DNA of 64,000 nt, taken from positions 15,688,001 to 15,752,000 of the forward strand of contig NC_045696.1 in the NCBI RefSeq assembly GCF_009834535.1. The letters run 5' to 3'. This DNA comes from Camelus ferus (Eukaryota). Position numbers and translations under genes: made by a program. The notes beneath the pieces are model-generated. The model searched no databases. It had not been told where the DNA came from and worked only from the letters and a program-made list of their open reading frames with translations. Below are positions 24,911 to 38,401 of this stretch, piece by piece; the first letter of the stretch is position 1, and each line of letters opens with the position of its first letter.

Positions 24911-25249
24911 TATGGTCTAAATGACCGTGTTCCCCCTGAATTCCTATGTTGAAAGCCTAACCCCTAAAGGGGATGGTATTAGGAGGCGGGGGCCTTTGGG
25001 AGGGGATTAGGTCATCAGGGTGGAGCCCTGGTGAACGAGACTTCATGGAGCTCCCTCACCCCTTCTGCCACGTGCGGATACAGCGAAGGGACAGCCGGTT
25101 AGGAAGCAGGCCCTCAGGAGACACAGCATCTGCCTGCATCTTGACCTCTGACTTCCCAGCCTCCAGGACTGGGAGAAATAAATTTCTGTTATTTAGAAAC
25201 CACCCAGTCTATGGTATTTTTGTTAACGCAGACTGAACAGCCTAAGACA
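24908..25249 (+). mobile_element. MLT1A-like solo LTR
   Basis: CTATGGTCTAAATG..TATGTTGAAAGCCTAACCCC..GGGGCCTTTGGGAGG..GACTTCCCAGCCTCCAG..AAATAAATTTCTGTT..CTAAGACA. Confidence 0.88.
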
Positions 25250-26479
25250 AGTATGTATATATTTGTACATTTAAATTCACTTTTTCTCTACTTCTTTGCT
25301 CCTGTTTATTCACAGTTGCTCCTCCCTCGCTAACTTAGGCCAGCAAATGGATTATTCTAGCTGCCTGGCCTCTCCTAATACCTCCCTCCTCCGCCATGTT
25401 TAACTCCCACTATTACCTGCCTCGTTATTTCGGTATTTCCTAATTTGAATTCATCTGATGGGCTGAACTTATCTTTTTGTTCCAAGTAATGCCATAAACT
25501 GCTTGACAATATAAGGACTGACTATGTTGGGATTAGATGCCCTTTCCTAATCTAGTCAACAAGTTGATGCTGGAGAAAGGTCAGTTAGTACCAAAATACC
25601 TGCCTGCAGTTTCCCTTGAGCAGTATTGCAGTCAAGTCAGTTTCTCTTTAAAAGAGTCTGTGGGTAGGCAAGCTTCCTGACTGACACATCTCCCAAAATC
25701 TCCAGCTAAATCACCCTTTGCTGTGTATTCAAGGTCATTCTACCCTCCAGCTGTGCTATCATTCATGTTCCATTTTTAATTTATCATCTGGAGAAATCCC
25801 TGGGAGCTACCAGAAAAATCGCCCTAGAAGTAGCAGAGGTTAAAAGCAAAAAAACAAGTTTATGTCTCCCTCACAACAGCGTGAGATGGAAACTGATCTT
25901 CCCCAGACACTGAAATGAACTTACGTCTTATATCTCTTAATTTGCATTCTCTGGTGTGAAGCATCAAAGCATTTATTAAATCAAAAATTATCGCACAGCC
26001 ATTGAAGACAGAGTATGTTAAAAGCTCTGGATAAAATATCCATGAACAGAAGAAACCCCAGCATTTGGGAGCTTCCATTGCAGTGGGGACATGCAGTGGC
26101 TATTTACTATACCTCTTAAACCGCCTTGCACTCTCTGAGTGCCCCGCAATGTTCTGCAAATTTTCCACCTAAGCGAGCCTGCTTCCTCAAGGAAGATCCC
26201 CAAAACTCAACATTCCAGCCTCTCTTGCAACTAAATTACTGGCATGTGACTCTAGCCCTGCCAATCATGTGCATTGTTGATATTAAATACAAAAGAAAAT
26301 ACCACGAAGATGAAGGCACATTGAGAATCTGCTTTTTGAGAGGGTGCTATGACAATGCAAAATCATCCAGGCTAGAGAGGAATCCATTACAGAGAGTCTT
26401 ATAATACTATTTGGTGTCCAAAGTGTAGTGCCCTCAGTTAAGCAGCATCATGGTGTAATTTGGGCTTTTGCTAGATTTG

Positions 26480-26978
26480 TGAGGTCCAATATGGTAGCTA
26501 ATACCAATAGCCACATGCATCTATTGGACCCTTGGACTGTGGCTAGTGCAACTGATAAACTATATTTTTAAATTAATTCAAATTAAAAACTTTTAAAAGC
26601 TGCTTCATTCAGTTACTGGAAAACTTTTACATACATTTGGAACAACTCTGTTATGTATATTTACTCTTTCAACTATAAATTTTATGAAGTCAAAATCCAG
26701 ATCAGGTTTTCTGATGGAAATTTAGTCTCCAAATAGGGATGGGCTGTTAAGCATTAAATACACACAGGATTTTGAAGACTCCATATAAAAAGCAGTGTAA
26801 AATATCTCATAAATGATGATTATATTGATCACATGCTATAATAGTATTTTGGATTGATCAAGGTAAGTAAATTATACTCTTAAATTTATTTCACCTTTTT
26901 TATTTTACTTTTTTAACATAGCTCTGGAAAACTTTAAATCACGTATGTGGCTCATGTTATATTTTTGTTCAACAGCAA
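26480..26978. mobile_element. Charlie1-derived hAT element (Charlie1b-like)
   Basis: GTCCAATATGGTAGC..TAGCCACATG..GTGGCTAGTGCAACTGA..TTTGGAACAACT..GGATTTTGAAGACT..TATGTGGCTCA. Confidence 0.75.
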
Positions 26979-28224
26979 TTTTCTAGACCAATGGTTCTCA
27001 AATTTTAATAGGCATCAGAATTAACTCTAAGGCATGTTAATCAGCATTTTAATTGACAATAACAGAGGGTGAATCAAAGCAGGAATCTGAAGAAATAATC
27101 TTTCAGGTGAAGTCTGAAAGTAAAGATTTAGGGTAAAACCTGCTACAGAGAGATGGAACAGCATGAGCTAGGATTCTGAGGCAAGAAAATGACTGGTACT
27201 TCTGGAAAGCTCCAAGAGGCCCTTGTGGCCAGATTATGATGGGGAAGGATGAAAAGGTGGTCAGAAAAGCAGATGGAAACCAACTTGTTCATGTAAGGAG
27301 TTTGAATTTTATTCAAAGTGCAAAGGAAATAGATGAAAGACTTTCAGTTGGTGGAATATGGGGATCTGATATGATTTCTAAAAGAGTACTCAGGCTAATG
27401 CCTTGAAAACTGTTTGAATAAGAGTGAAGTGGAAATGGACAGAACAGGAAGAAGGCTATGGCAGCAATAAAGGGAGGTGTAAGTAAAGTATGCTAAAACA
27501 AGCTGATGGAATTCTAAATAGCTGCTGACAATAATGATTATAAAGACTGTACAAATACTAAAAATGTTTAGGATATAATATTAACTGAAAAGAGCAGGTT
27601 ATAAAATTGAACAGACATTATGCTTCAACTATGTGAGGTTATATATGCATACCAAGACTTAAATAAGAACATACCCCTCCAACTCAAAGAAGAAAAAAAT
27701 GGTGGGAAGATGGATGATGCTATTTCTTTTTATCTATATTTTCCTCCAAAATTTAAGATTACTGTAATATGACTTTACAACAGCACAAATTGGGACACTT
27801 TCTTTAGTTAATTGAAAGAGTCCTCTTGCCTGTCCTCTTAGAAGGGGGAAATATTTTTATCAGCCCAAGAGATAAAATTGTTGATCATATAAGTCACATC
27901 TGCATTTGTATTTATCATGGCAGAGTGAGTTTCAGTTTATTTTCTTTATACAGAGAGGCATTCCATTAGTTTTTCTATATCGTTCTTTGCACTGCAACCA
28001 CAAAAAAAGATATTATCTGCTTGAAGAATTCTTAATTCTGTTAAAATAAATGCATCAGACCTCTAACTGGAAAACAATGGTGACCATCTGATTTCAAACC
28101 TCCCCATATAAACTCTCATCAACAAAACAAACATAATATCTTCCAAATAGTTACGATTTATGTACTAAAATGCTTAATGATTGTGACATGCTAATTCTAT
28201 ATCCTACTATCCTAATACCCTACA

Positions 28225-30590
28225 AAAAAGAGATCTAAATGTATGAATGAAACCATACAAGTATTATTATTGAAAGTGGATTCCTCTATAATCTCTATAG
28301 GAAAAGGCTATCTAACTATGACTTCAAAATCCAGATACCAAAAAACAAAAATTTAAAATTTGCCTTCTTAAAAAAAAAAATAGTTTGCATAGCATAAGCA
28401 CCACAAGCAAAGCCAAAAGACAAATGACAAACTGGGAGAAAATAATTGCCACATATATCACTTTAAGAGATCTAATATACCTAATATGCAAAGAGCTTTT
28501 AACAGAGGAAGAAACACCAAAAGCCTACAGAAAAATGGGCAAAGGTGTGAACATATAATTCACAAAAAGATGAAATATAATAGCCTATGAAAAGATGTTC
28601 AATTTTGATTATAATAAGAGAAATGCAAGAGATACTACCCATCCCATCAAACTGACAAAACAAATAAAATCAAAAGCTGGACAGTATTTTTGTTGGTAAA
28701 GCTGTGGGAAACAGGCACTGACATGCACTTCTGGTAGGAATGCAAAATGGCATGTTCCCTCTCTAGGAAAATTTGGCAATATTTAACAAAACTACACATG
28801 TATTTACCCTCCAACCCAGAGACTCAACTTCTGTGAATTTACACTGAAGATACAGCTCTAACAATAAGAAAATATGTATTCTCAAGGTTATTCATGCAGC
28901 ATTATTTGCAGTAGCAAAATATTGGAAACTATCTAAATATCCAGATGTAAGAGAAGATAATAGTGTACATATACAAGGGAATATTACAGAGCAATAAAAA
29001 ATGAATGAGGACAGTCTCTATGAACTGATATAGAGTGATTTCCAAGATGCATTATTCAGTGAAATAATCAAAGTGCAAAATAGCATATATAACAGGCTAT
29101 CTTTTGTATAAGAAAAAAGGGGAATATGGACATCTATACCAGTAACTCCAATTTCAATCCAGCACCACAGATTACTCCATCCCTGTTTCCAATTCCACGA
29201 TTTTATAATATGTCTAAAATTCTTTGCCCTCTGCAAAAAAGAAGCTGCTCATCCTTACAGACAGAAAGAAACACAGGAGAAGCGAGAAAACAATGAGACT
29301 GATACCATTCAAGGTGTGGGGAGACTGGGATGAAGGCAGGATGGGAAGGACCTCAAAAAACTAAAACTGAAAACAAGTAGAAATAAATGAACCCAACTTC
29401 ATTTCAATCGAATTAAAGTTAGGGCTGGAAAGGGAGAGTTTCACTAATCCAAGTACATTATGAACACACTAATAAATTGTATACCCTTAGTTTTGGGTCA
29501 AGTAGGGTGGAAGATGAAATGAAAACAAATTCCGAACTCTGTTTAGTGTTGGGTTTTTTTTTTTTTCGATATCATTTTTGATCGTGATATAGGCAAAGTA
29601 ATTCTGAAACAGTTTTTAATGTATTACAGGAGTCCACAAATAAATTAATGTAAAAAAGAGAGTTACAGATATGAGATGAGGGAAGTTGAGGAAGAGCTCT
29701 ATGGTGATGAACTTAAGGAATTGGTGTAGACTCACTCATATGTCAAACATGCGTATATTTCTTATTTCTGTCCACTAAAACGCCCAAGAAGCAAGGACAT
29801 TCCAGTAGCAACACGCATATCTAGTGATGAGATCTTGATTTCTAACACCATTATCCATGAAAAGGAACCAGGACTCCTCAGAAAAAGACTGATTCCAGGG
29901 CTGAGCAGGGAAGATTCGAAATGAACCTGGTACATCTTTTATATGAGAAAGTTAAGAAATGCCTCCCAAAATCACGGAGTTATGTCATGAGGACACAGGA
30001 GCTAGCTCGAAGGGACTCCACTGGTCAAATGGGAGATTTTGAGATGAACAAATCATGAACTCTAGAAAAAATAGGAATTCACGAGTTCTTATTGATAATC
30101 AATCAGTCAAGGAGAAGCATTCTTATTTTGAATGCCAAGTGCCAGCTGGCCGACACAGAGACAGAGTTGGAGTTTGAAAAACCATCACTTTGCAACCACT
30201 ATTGTAAAGACTGCTTCAAGCAAAAAAGATTCATGTATCTTAACTCTGAAGGGGAGGAGGGACTTGCTGAAGAGTAAGATGTTGGCAAGGTTTAATGTAT
30301 TCCCACTGATCGCATATTCCTGGGGAGGGAATACGCAGCAACTCTAGTACAAATTTTCAACAAACTGACCTACACACTCAAGTATTTAGGGGGAAAAAGA
30401 GATCATGTGTGCAACTTACTTTCAAATGGTTCAAAAAAACAATGTGTACACACATATAGAAAAAGAACAAATGACAAAAAAAAATGGAGCAAGATGTTAA
30501 CAACAGGAGAATCTGGGTAAAGAATACATGGCTGTCAAATTTTCTGTTTGACAATATTTTCAAATAGAGAGTGAAAAAAATAAATAAATA
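28225..30590 (+). mobile_element. Old L1 (L1MC/MD-like) ORF2 end and long 3' UTR, fragmented
   Basis: AAAAGACAAATGACAAACTGGGAGAA..GAAAAGATGTTCAA..AAAAGGAACCAGGACTCCT..TGATTCCAGGGCTG..GCAACTTACTTTCAAATGGTTCA. Confidence 0.8.
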
Positions 30591-31273
30591 CACACAAATG
30601 CCATTGTTTCATCGTCCTCTGTGTAAATAAATGCAAGAGCCACAAATGATAGAATAAACAAGAAAATATCCAAACAGTAAAGTTTCCACCCTGTCCTTTG
30701 TTGTTTGAATTAGGGTTGGGTATTTTACACAAACTTAAAGAAATGATGAAATGTCTGATTTAAACAGCTAAATAAAACAGGTTACATCACATACTTAATA
30801 GTAATCCTCTAAAATGTGAAGTTCTTACAAACTGCAGTCTGTTAAGAGCCAAAAATTTAATGCCGCACAAGATGGATTACGAGAATAAAATTATTTCCCT
30901 ATAGATAGACTTTTAAAACTAAATTAATATTTTAAATCATACGGTTATTACATGAATTTCTCCCAAATTTCCTTTGAAAAGTTAATACAGCCACATTAAG
31001 CCGGGAAAAAACCCCTCAAACTCAAATTCCACTTTTAATTATGAGATGCTCAGCAGAAATCTTTGTGAGACATAAAAATGAGGACATTTAAAGGGTGATT
31101 TGCAGGACTGTTAATAGTCAAACCACGGTGAAAAGATTAAGATGAGAAAGAGCAGTGAGTGCGCTAAAATGGACATGAGATCTAAAGACAGAAACCTGGA
31201 TTTAAAACCTGCTTCTTCGTCTTAGAAATAGCTTGAGGCAGGGGCAAAAGACTCTAAGTCAGAATTTTATAAA

Positions 31274-31425
31274 TCAGTGCTCTGGGTCTTGTTGTGGTAC
31301 CTGGCCAGCAGCATCAGCACCAACCAGGAACTTGATAGAAACGCAAATTCAGTGCTCTGGGTCTTGTTGTGGTACCTGGCCAGCAGCATCAGCACCAACC
31401 AGGAACTTGATAGAAACGCAAATTC
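31274..31425. repeat. Perfect 75-bp tandem duplication (2 copies)
   Basis: TCAGTGCTCTGGGTCTTG...GAAACGCAAAT repeats with period 75 (31274 and 31349). Confidence 0.97.
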
Positions 31426-31535
31426 TCAGGTACCACCCCAAACCTACCAAATCGAGATAGGTCCAGGGATCTGTGTTTTAACAGGCTCTGTAAGTGCTTC
31501 TGATGCACACTAAACTTTTCACAACCATACTGCTA
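31275..31535. mobile_element. MER5A with an internal 75-bp tandem duplication
   Basis: CCAGCAGCATCAGCA..GGAACTTGATAGAAACGCAAATTCTCAGG..CCACCCCA..ATCTGTGTTTTAACA..TTCTGATGCACACTAAA. Confidence 0.8.
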
Positions 31536-31999
31536 TACTACAAGAAAATAATAGTAACAAAAGGATTGTTACTGTGATGATCTGTCACAGTATGATCTGT
31601 CTTAGGATTGTTATGGTGATTAAATGAGATAGTACTCATGTAAAAATGATTTTCTAAACTGTAATAAAAACTCTCATAATGTAATAATGGGAGACTATCA
31701 TTGTGTGACATAGAATTGTGGGAGGGGGAAATCCTGAAACCCATAGTGCTTTGTGCTTTTATCAAATGGCTCTTCCAAAAAACTTTAAAGAAAGTTAATT
31801 CCTTAAACCCTTCCCACATTTGGTACTAGGTGTTGCACACAGGAGTTGCTCAGTAAGCTTTACTGAAGCTGACTGAATAATTTCAGTTGAGGAAGGTCAT
31901 TGGCAAGTACTTTATCTCTTGTTTTTGGTATGGTCAAAGTGGGGATTTTAAACTTCACCAAACCAACCAAGCTATTAATTTTAAAAGACAATTTAGCTT

Positions 32000-32215
32000 C
32001 TGTGGTTAGGAGTAGATGCTTTGCTCTGGAGTTAGACTATCTTATGGGGCCCATTCACTGCTGTGTGACCTTGCCAAAGTTAGTTACCCACTCTGGGCCT
32101 CATGACTTTGCTCATATAACAAGAGTGATAATAATAGTATCTACCTCATTGGGATGTTGAGAGTTTTAATTAAAATTTTAAAGGACTTCAAAATGGTACA
32201 TAGCATTCAATATTA
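32000..32215 (+). mobile_element. MIR
   Basis: GTGGTTAGGAGT..GCTCTGGAGTTAGAC..CTGTGTGACCTTG..AAGTTA..ATAATAGTATCTACCTCAT. Confidence 0.75.
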
Positions 32216-33394
32216 TTCATATGCCCCAAGTGCCACGTTTAGTTCATCTCCCTTTTACTTCATTTTTTTTTTCTCCTTGCTTTCTTCTGGGTTTTATGCC
32301 TATGTGTGTATGAACACTTTCTTTTCTCAGCATCCTCACCTCTTCTAATGAAGATGAAGACCAGGCACGTATAAAAACCTTAAATGTACATAAAATTGGT
32401 TTTGTTTTATTTATTAGTGGGTAATTGAGGGAAGTGTTACTGATCTGTCTGACTATATAGTGAAATAAATTACTTGAAGAAAGAAAGTGTGGATAAGGAG
32501 AACTCAAAAGGAATTATCATCAAACTCAGGCCTAGTTAGCATATCATAGCAATACCTGACATGTGATCTCTCAGCTTGAGAACGTGCCCTGCCTGTAACT
32601 GACCTGGTCATCTGGCCCTAGTTTTTTTATTTATGAAACAGGGAAATTGACCTAGACAATCTATGAAGTCCTGTTCTGTACTCCTTGGTTCTAAATAAGA
32701 ATATAGGTTAAAATTACTCAGCTGTTATATATCACTTTGAGCTTTTTAACCATCTTCAGGCATTTAAAAGGCTGGTATATATATCATCTTAAGCAGAACT
32801 ATAATACAAATGCAAACTAAATTATATACTAATTAATGCCCATTGATGAACATGTATCTTAAAACTCCAGAACTATGGCTGGAATTAAAATATCTCCAGA
32901 AGGGATACTGTTTAGTTTTCAAAAAGCAATGGTATTTAAAAGCTTTCATACTAGTTTTTAGGAAATATCCATTCTAACTGGTATGATCAGACAAAACATT
33001 TTACTTAACAACCCACTTTTCTCATTATAAAACAGTACATATGTATCATAAAATATTTGGAAAATATATAAACAAGAATAAAGAAGTACCATGTATTTAG
33101 CAAATTAGGATCTTAAAGTAAATACAGTTTTTCTTCCTCCTTAGAGACCATGAGCATTTTTCTGTATTTTCACATATTTTCCAAAGACATGAGTTTAATT
33201 ACACAATAATACTGCAAAAGGTGGATCTGCCACCTTTTTTTAACTAGCATTTATTATAGTTTAAGAACTATGTAGAGTCATATATAAAAATGTAGGAAAA
33301 TTACGGAATGACAATTAGAATTTCAGTAGTCAAAAAATAGCTATTTTAAAAGTATGTACGCACCCTTATCTCCCCATGTATGTACTAGCACAGC

Positions 33395-33830
33395 TTTTAA
33401 AAAATCAACTTCTTTGAGTTGTAATTTACAGACTCTAAAACATATACATTTTAAGTGTATGGTTAAGTGTACAGTTCCATGACTTCAGCACATGTACACA
33501 TCTGTGGGACAGCCTTCATTCTCAAGATACAGAACATTTCCATCACCCCCTAAAAGTTCCCCATGGCCCTCTGCAATCAATCTTTGTTTCCTACCTCCAG
33601 CCCCAGACAACCATTGATCTGCTTTCTGTCACTATAGATAAACTGTGCCTTTCTAGAATTTTATACGAAATAACACTGTCATTTGTTTGCATCTGGCTTC
33701 TATGCTCAGCATATTGTGAACAGAGATTTATCTACACTGATGCATATACTTCAAAGTTTTTTTAATTGCTGAGGAGTATTTCATTGCATGGATAGAGCAC
33801 AACTTGTTTATCCATGAGCTATTTCCAGTT
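33395..33830 (-). mobile_element. Old L1 3' end (L1MB-like)
   Basis: CAAGATACAGAACATTTCCATCACCCC..CAGCCCCAGACAACCATTGATCTGCTTTCTGTCACTATAGAT. Confidence 0.82.
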
Positions 33831-34212
33831 TTCCTTTCTTCTTTTTAACTATGTATCTTATGGACTTTTCCTATCATTTTAAAGTCTGGATCCATAACAT
33901 GCACAAATCCTGATTTACTTGATTGTTCTACCTCTGTTGGACATGTAAACTCTTTACTGTGTTTTAAAATGACAATGAACAGTGTCAAAATTTTATCATG
34001 TGTTCAAATATTAATGGAATCTGATTTGGGAGTAGGATTCTGGGATTATAGTCTTTATCTCTCAATGGTTTAGAAATATTTTCAATCTCTTTAAAATTCC
34101 AAGATTGCAAATGAGAAGATTGATGTTTGATTCTTTTTCTTTTTTAAGAGAGCTTTTATAAGCATATATGAAAATTTATATGATTTTAAATTTATATGTG
34201 TTTAGGTCTCTC

Positions 34213-34277
34213 TATATATGTATGTGTATATATATATATGTGTGTGTGTGTGTGTGCATGTGTGTGTGTGTGTGTGT
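34213..34277. repeat. (TA)n(TG)n compound microsatellite
   Basis: Direct reading of the sequence. Confidence 0.93.
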
Positions 34278-34305
34278 ATGCATGCTTCTTTTAGAAAAAG
34301 TTCTT

Positions 34306-34562
34306 GAAAGGGAACCTCCTACATTGTTGGTGGGGATATAAATTGGTGCAGCCACTATGAAGAACAGTGTGGAGGTGCCTTAAAAAACTAAAAATAGACT
34401 TACCATATGATCCAGCAATCCCACTCCTGGACATATATCTGGAAAAGAGATACATGCCCTAATTTGAAAAGATACATGCACCCAATGCTCATAACACCAC
34501 CATTTACAACAGCCAAGACATGGAAGCAACCTAGGTGTCCATCAACATATGAATGGATGAAG

Positions 34563-34614
<52 letters not shown>

Positions 34615-35102
34615 ATATACACACACACACACACACAATGGAATGTTACTCAGCCATAAAAAGAATGAAATAATGTCATTTGCAGCAACCTGTATAGACT
34701 AAGAATTGTCATATTAAGTGAAGTAAATCAGACAGAGAGAGACAAATATCATATGATATCATTTATATGTGGTATCTGAAAAAACGATACAAACGAACTT
34801 ACTTACAAACCAGAGATAGACTCACAGACATAGAAAACAATCTTATGGTTACCAGAGAGGAAGAAGAGGGAGAGATAAATTAGAAGTTTGGGATTAATAC
34901 ATACACACTTCTATTTATAAAATAGATAAACAACTACAACTAGGATCTACTGTACAGCACAGTGAACTACATACAGTATCTTGTAATAACCTATAATGGA
35001 AAAGAATCTGAAATATAAATATACGTATAACTGAAACACTTTGCTGTACACCTGAAACCAACACATCATTGTAAATCAATTATATTTCAATAAAAATTTT
35101 TT
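34306..35102 (+). mobile_element. 5'-truncated cetartiodactyl L1 with TSD
   Basis: L1 ORF2 end and 3' UTR with internal (TA)n(CA)n. TSD AAAAGTTCTT (34296-34305) / AAAAGCTCTT (35103-35112). Confidence 0.93.
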
Positions 35103-36399
35103 AAAAGCTCTTCTCGGAGCTCATCATTTTAAATCTGAAAATTTAAATATTATAATAGCTTGGAATTAAAAAAGAAACCTCTTTGATATTTGCTTCCTCA
35201 CTTTTTGTTTCTTCTAAAATTGCCTCCAGCCTGCATACTGTTCTCGTATTAGGTCTCTTTTTTGTGCCTTGGTGTTTTTTAATATTTTTACCCATGATTT
35301 CCATATCTTTGTATTTTTTCTCTGTTATGAAATATACTATTTGATTCAACAATCTAAGTTATTAAAGTGATCATTGTGTAATTTTTTCTGTGATTTTTAA
35401 AAATCTCAAATCAAGTTTTAATTTTAATTTCCAGAAACTCTTTTATGCCCTCCAATTTTTGTTCCTAAGGTTTTTCATTTCATATAAACTTGTGTATACA
35501 TTGTACATACATACATATATACATGCCTATTATTTCTTTTATTTTTCCTTCAAATCCTTTTTTAAAGCTACCACATTTCCTTAAATGGCTTGGTATCTTT
35601 CTTTGCCTTTGGATGTCAATTGATTTGGGTTTCCTAAGCACCTGAGTATTTTAAGGTGAAGTTTCTTTTGCAGGAGTGAACCGGCAGGCAGGCACTGCCT
35701 GGGCAATCTGCTGAACAGTATGAGAAGACTCTCTGTTCTCAAAAGTAACCTGGGAGAGGATACTCTGACCAATACTGCAGCTTCCCACTGACATCAGTGG
35801 AGAAACCAGCCCCTCCCAGAGCTGTGTGCAAAAATTGGGCAGGAGAAGTTTCCTTTTCCACCGCCAGCTGCCCACCCCAGGGCTCTGTGTCCATCTCATC
35901 TGCAAAATTAAGCATCTTTCCATTCCAAAAACCCTTCAGTACCATTCCCTAGCTCTGCAAATACTGACTGATTACACTTTCTTTTAAAGGGCAACAGGAA
36001 GCCACCAAGTTTTAAACAGGGGAATGAATGTGATTAAATCTGTAGTTTAAGAAGAAATCATCTAGATTCAGTCTGGCTAATAAACCTGGAGGCAGGGAAA
36101 TTGGTGACAATGGAGACTACAAGAACCTAGATTAGGGCAGAAATAGATGATAAGATACAAATACATTTGAGTGGGGATTAGGTGTCCAGTCAGTGATACT
36201 TGGTGACACATTGGCTATTGGGCCTGTGGGAGAAGGAGACATTGACCAGGCTTCTTGTTGGATCTGGTAGATGGTCAGCCCTTCAAAGAAGCATAAAACA
36301 CAGTAGGAAGCTCAGGTTATATTTATTTTGAAGGTGGTGTATCCTCACATCCTCTAATACCCATGTGGCAGAATGTTTATAGAGAGAAATTTTTAGAGG

Positions 36400-37187
36400 A
36401 GGGCTGACTAGTGTGTGTGCGTTTGAATTTTGATATATATTGGCACACTGCTCTCCTTAAAATTTGATTTTTAGGGGATTGATGTAGTACATGAAAAATG
36501 ATGTCTCACTGTCAATTTGAATCTTACTTTTTTAATTTTTTGAGAGTATGAATGAGCATCTTCTAAATGTTTAGGAGACTAGAAGACAGATACCTGCTAA
36601 TCTCCCTTCTCAATTTTCTGTTGGTTGTTTTCTTTTCCTTATGATTTTTAAAAGCTTTGTATCTAATAAGGTGATCAGGCCTTTGTTTCTTCAAAGCACT
36701 GCCAATATTTTTGTCAGTTAAATTCTTGATTTGTCATTTACAGAACATTTTAATTCTTAATGTAATCATATTGCTCAATTTTTTCTTTTATGGTGTCTGA
36801 ATTTTTAAATAAAGTTTAGAAAAGCCTTCTCTATTCCATAATTATTTAAATATCATCCTCTAATTCTTTTGTCTAATATTTTCATAATTGTATCTTTAAG
36901 CTTAAATATTTAATTCATAAAGAACTAATACTGATGAAAGGAAATGACTTCACACATGCCTACTCATAACCCCAACACAATTCACTGAATAACCCATAAT
37001 TTCCCACCTTACTTTAAAATAATACTTTTTCTTTTACCATGAATTAATTTCTGCGCACATATCTCTATTTTTGGATTCTCTATTCTGATCCATTGACCTA
37101 TCCTAGTATTAATCAAAACTGTTTCAGGTAATGTGATGTTATTTATAATATATTTATTACCTGTTGAGGCTTATCCTGCTCGTCAAT

Positions 37188-37229
<42 letters not shown>

Positions 37230-37700
37230 ATGTTTATTTTCTATGTAAACTTTAGAATCAGATTGCTTTAAAAAAAATCATGTTGATATTTTTTATTAAG
37301 TTCAGTTTAATTCCCAGATTTATAGGTTAATTTGAAGAAACTTACTTCATGATGTTTAATTTCTTTTAGTCAAGAGAAATCTCTATTCACTTATTCATGT
37401 CTTTTTTTTTCCTTCACGCATAAAACTGGGGACTTTCTAACTGAAAGAAAACTACTGACTTTTCAGTCACCCAACTCTAGTTAAGAGCTTTATAGCTGAT
37501 TCTCTGATTTTCCTCATATACAAGCATATTATTTGCAAATGATAATTTTGCTTCCAGTTTTTATAAATTGTCTTTCTCTTGTCTAATTGCATAGGCCAGT
37601 AACTCCAGAACAGTGTCCAATAATAGTGATGATAGCGTGCATTCTTGTTTTGTTTTGTTTTCCCTGAATTTACTGGACATGCTTTAGCATTTAAAACTGA
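36400..37700 (-). mobile_element. Very old L1 (L1ME-like) fragment, containing (TA)n at ~37190-37223
   Basis: GGATTCTCTATTCTGATCCATTGACCTAT..AACTTTAGAATCAG..TCTTGTCTAATTGCA..AATAATAGTGATGATAG..CATTCTTGT, reverse ORF2. Confidence 0.7.
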
Positions 37701-38219
37701 CAAATATTTTATGAGCTTTCAGCAGAGACACTACACGCTGTTTCTGTACTTTTCAATTCTCCTGAGTTTTCTGCATTGGCTTTCTTTGTCTAACACCTTA
37801 AGACCTGAAAATTCCCTCCATTTGTGTAAAGATAAAAACCAAAGTTCTTCACCTGCTTGTTTCAAAAGATAAAACTGGAGTGGAGGGCAGGCTGGGCGAT
37901 AAAGGAGCTTGCTGAGCTGCATAGCAATAGCTAAAGCAAAAAGGCTAGAAAAAGTTCCTCCGGGAAGAGGACCAAGCCCAGAGAGTCACTCTATAGAAGG
38001 AAGAACTGGAGCGTGGGGAGGAGTCGGGGCCACCCCCGCCCCCAGCCTCGCGTAGGTGCCACCCGCAGAGATGAAATGTGAGCCCCCGTGGCCGAGGACA
38101 CGAGGACGCTGGATCTGCCGCCTTGCCCGCCGCCCAGCGCCGCGGGGAGAGACAAAGAGACCTCGGCCCCAGCGCAGCTCCGCGCGGCGCCCGGGCTCCC
38201 CTCGAAGCCTCCCAGGGCA

Positions 38220-38273
38220 ATGGCCAGGGCTCCGCGCGACCCCGCTCCCCAGAGCGCTGTCCTCTCGGTCTGA
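38220..38273 (+). other. Candidate uORF (17 aa) in the CYYR1 leader
   Basis: GGCAATGG context; encodes MARAPRDPAPQSAVLSV*; stop lies 128 nt upstream of the main ATG. Confidence 0.5.
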
Positions 38274-38401
38274 CCGCCCTCCAGCGCCCCCATCCCCTCC
38301 CGGTTCCGGGCTCACCCGCGGCTCCCAGCCCTCTGTACACACCGGTTTGTCTGTCTCTCTGTCCGTTTGTCCTGGCGCGCAACCTCCGGCCACCGGCTTG
38401 G

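Noticed and set aside
31233..31513. Repeat-containing Cys-rich ORFs or a CRISPR-like array
   Set aside because: Product of one 75-bp tandem duplication in MER5A; no spacers, eukaryotic context.
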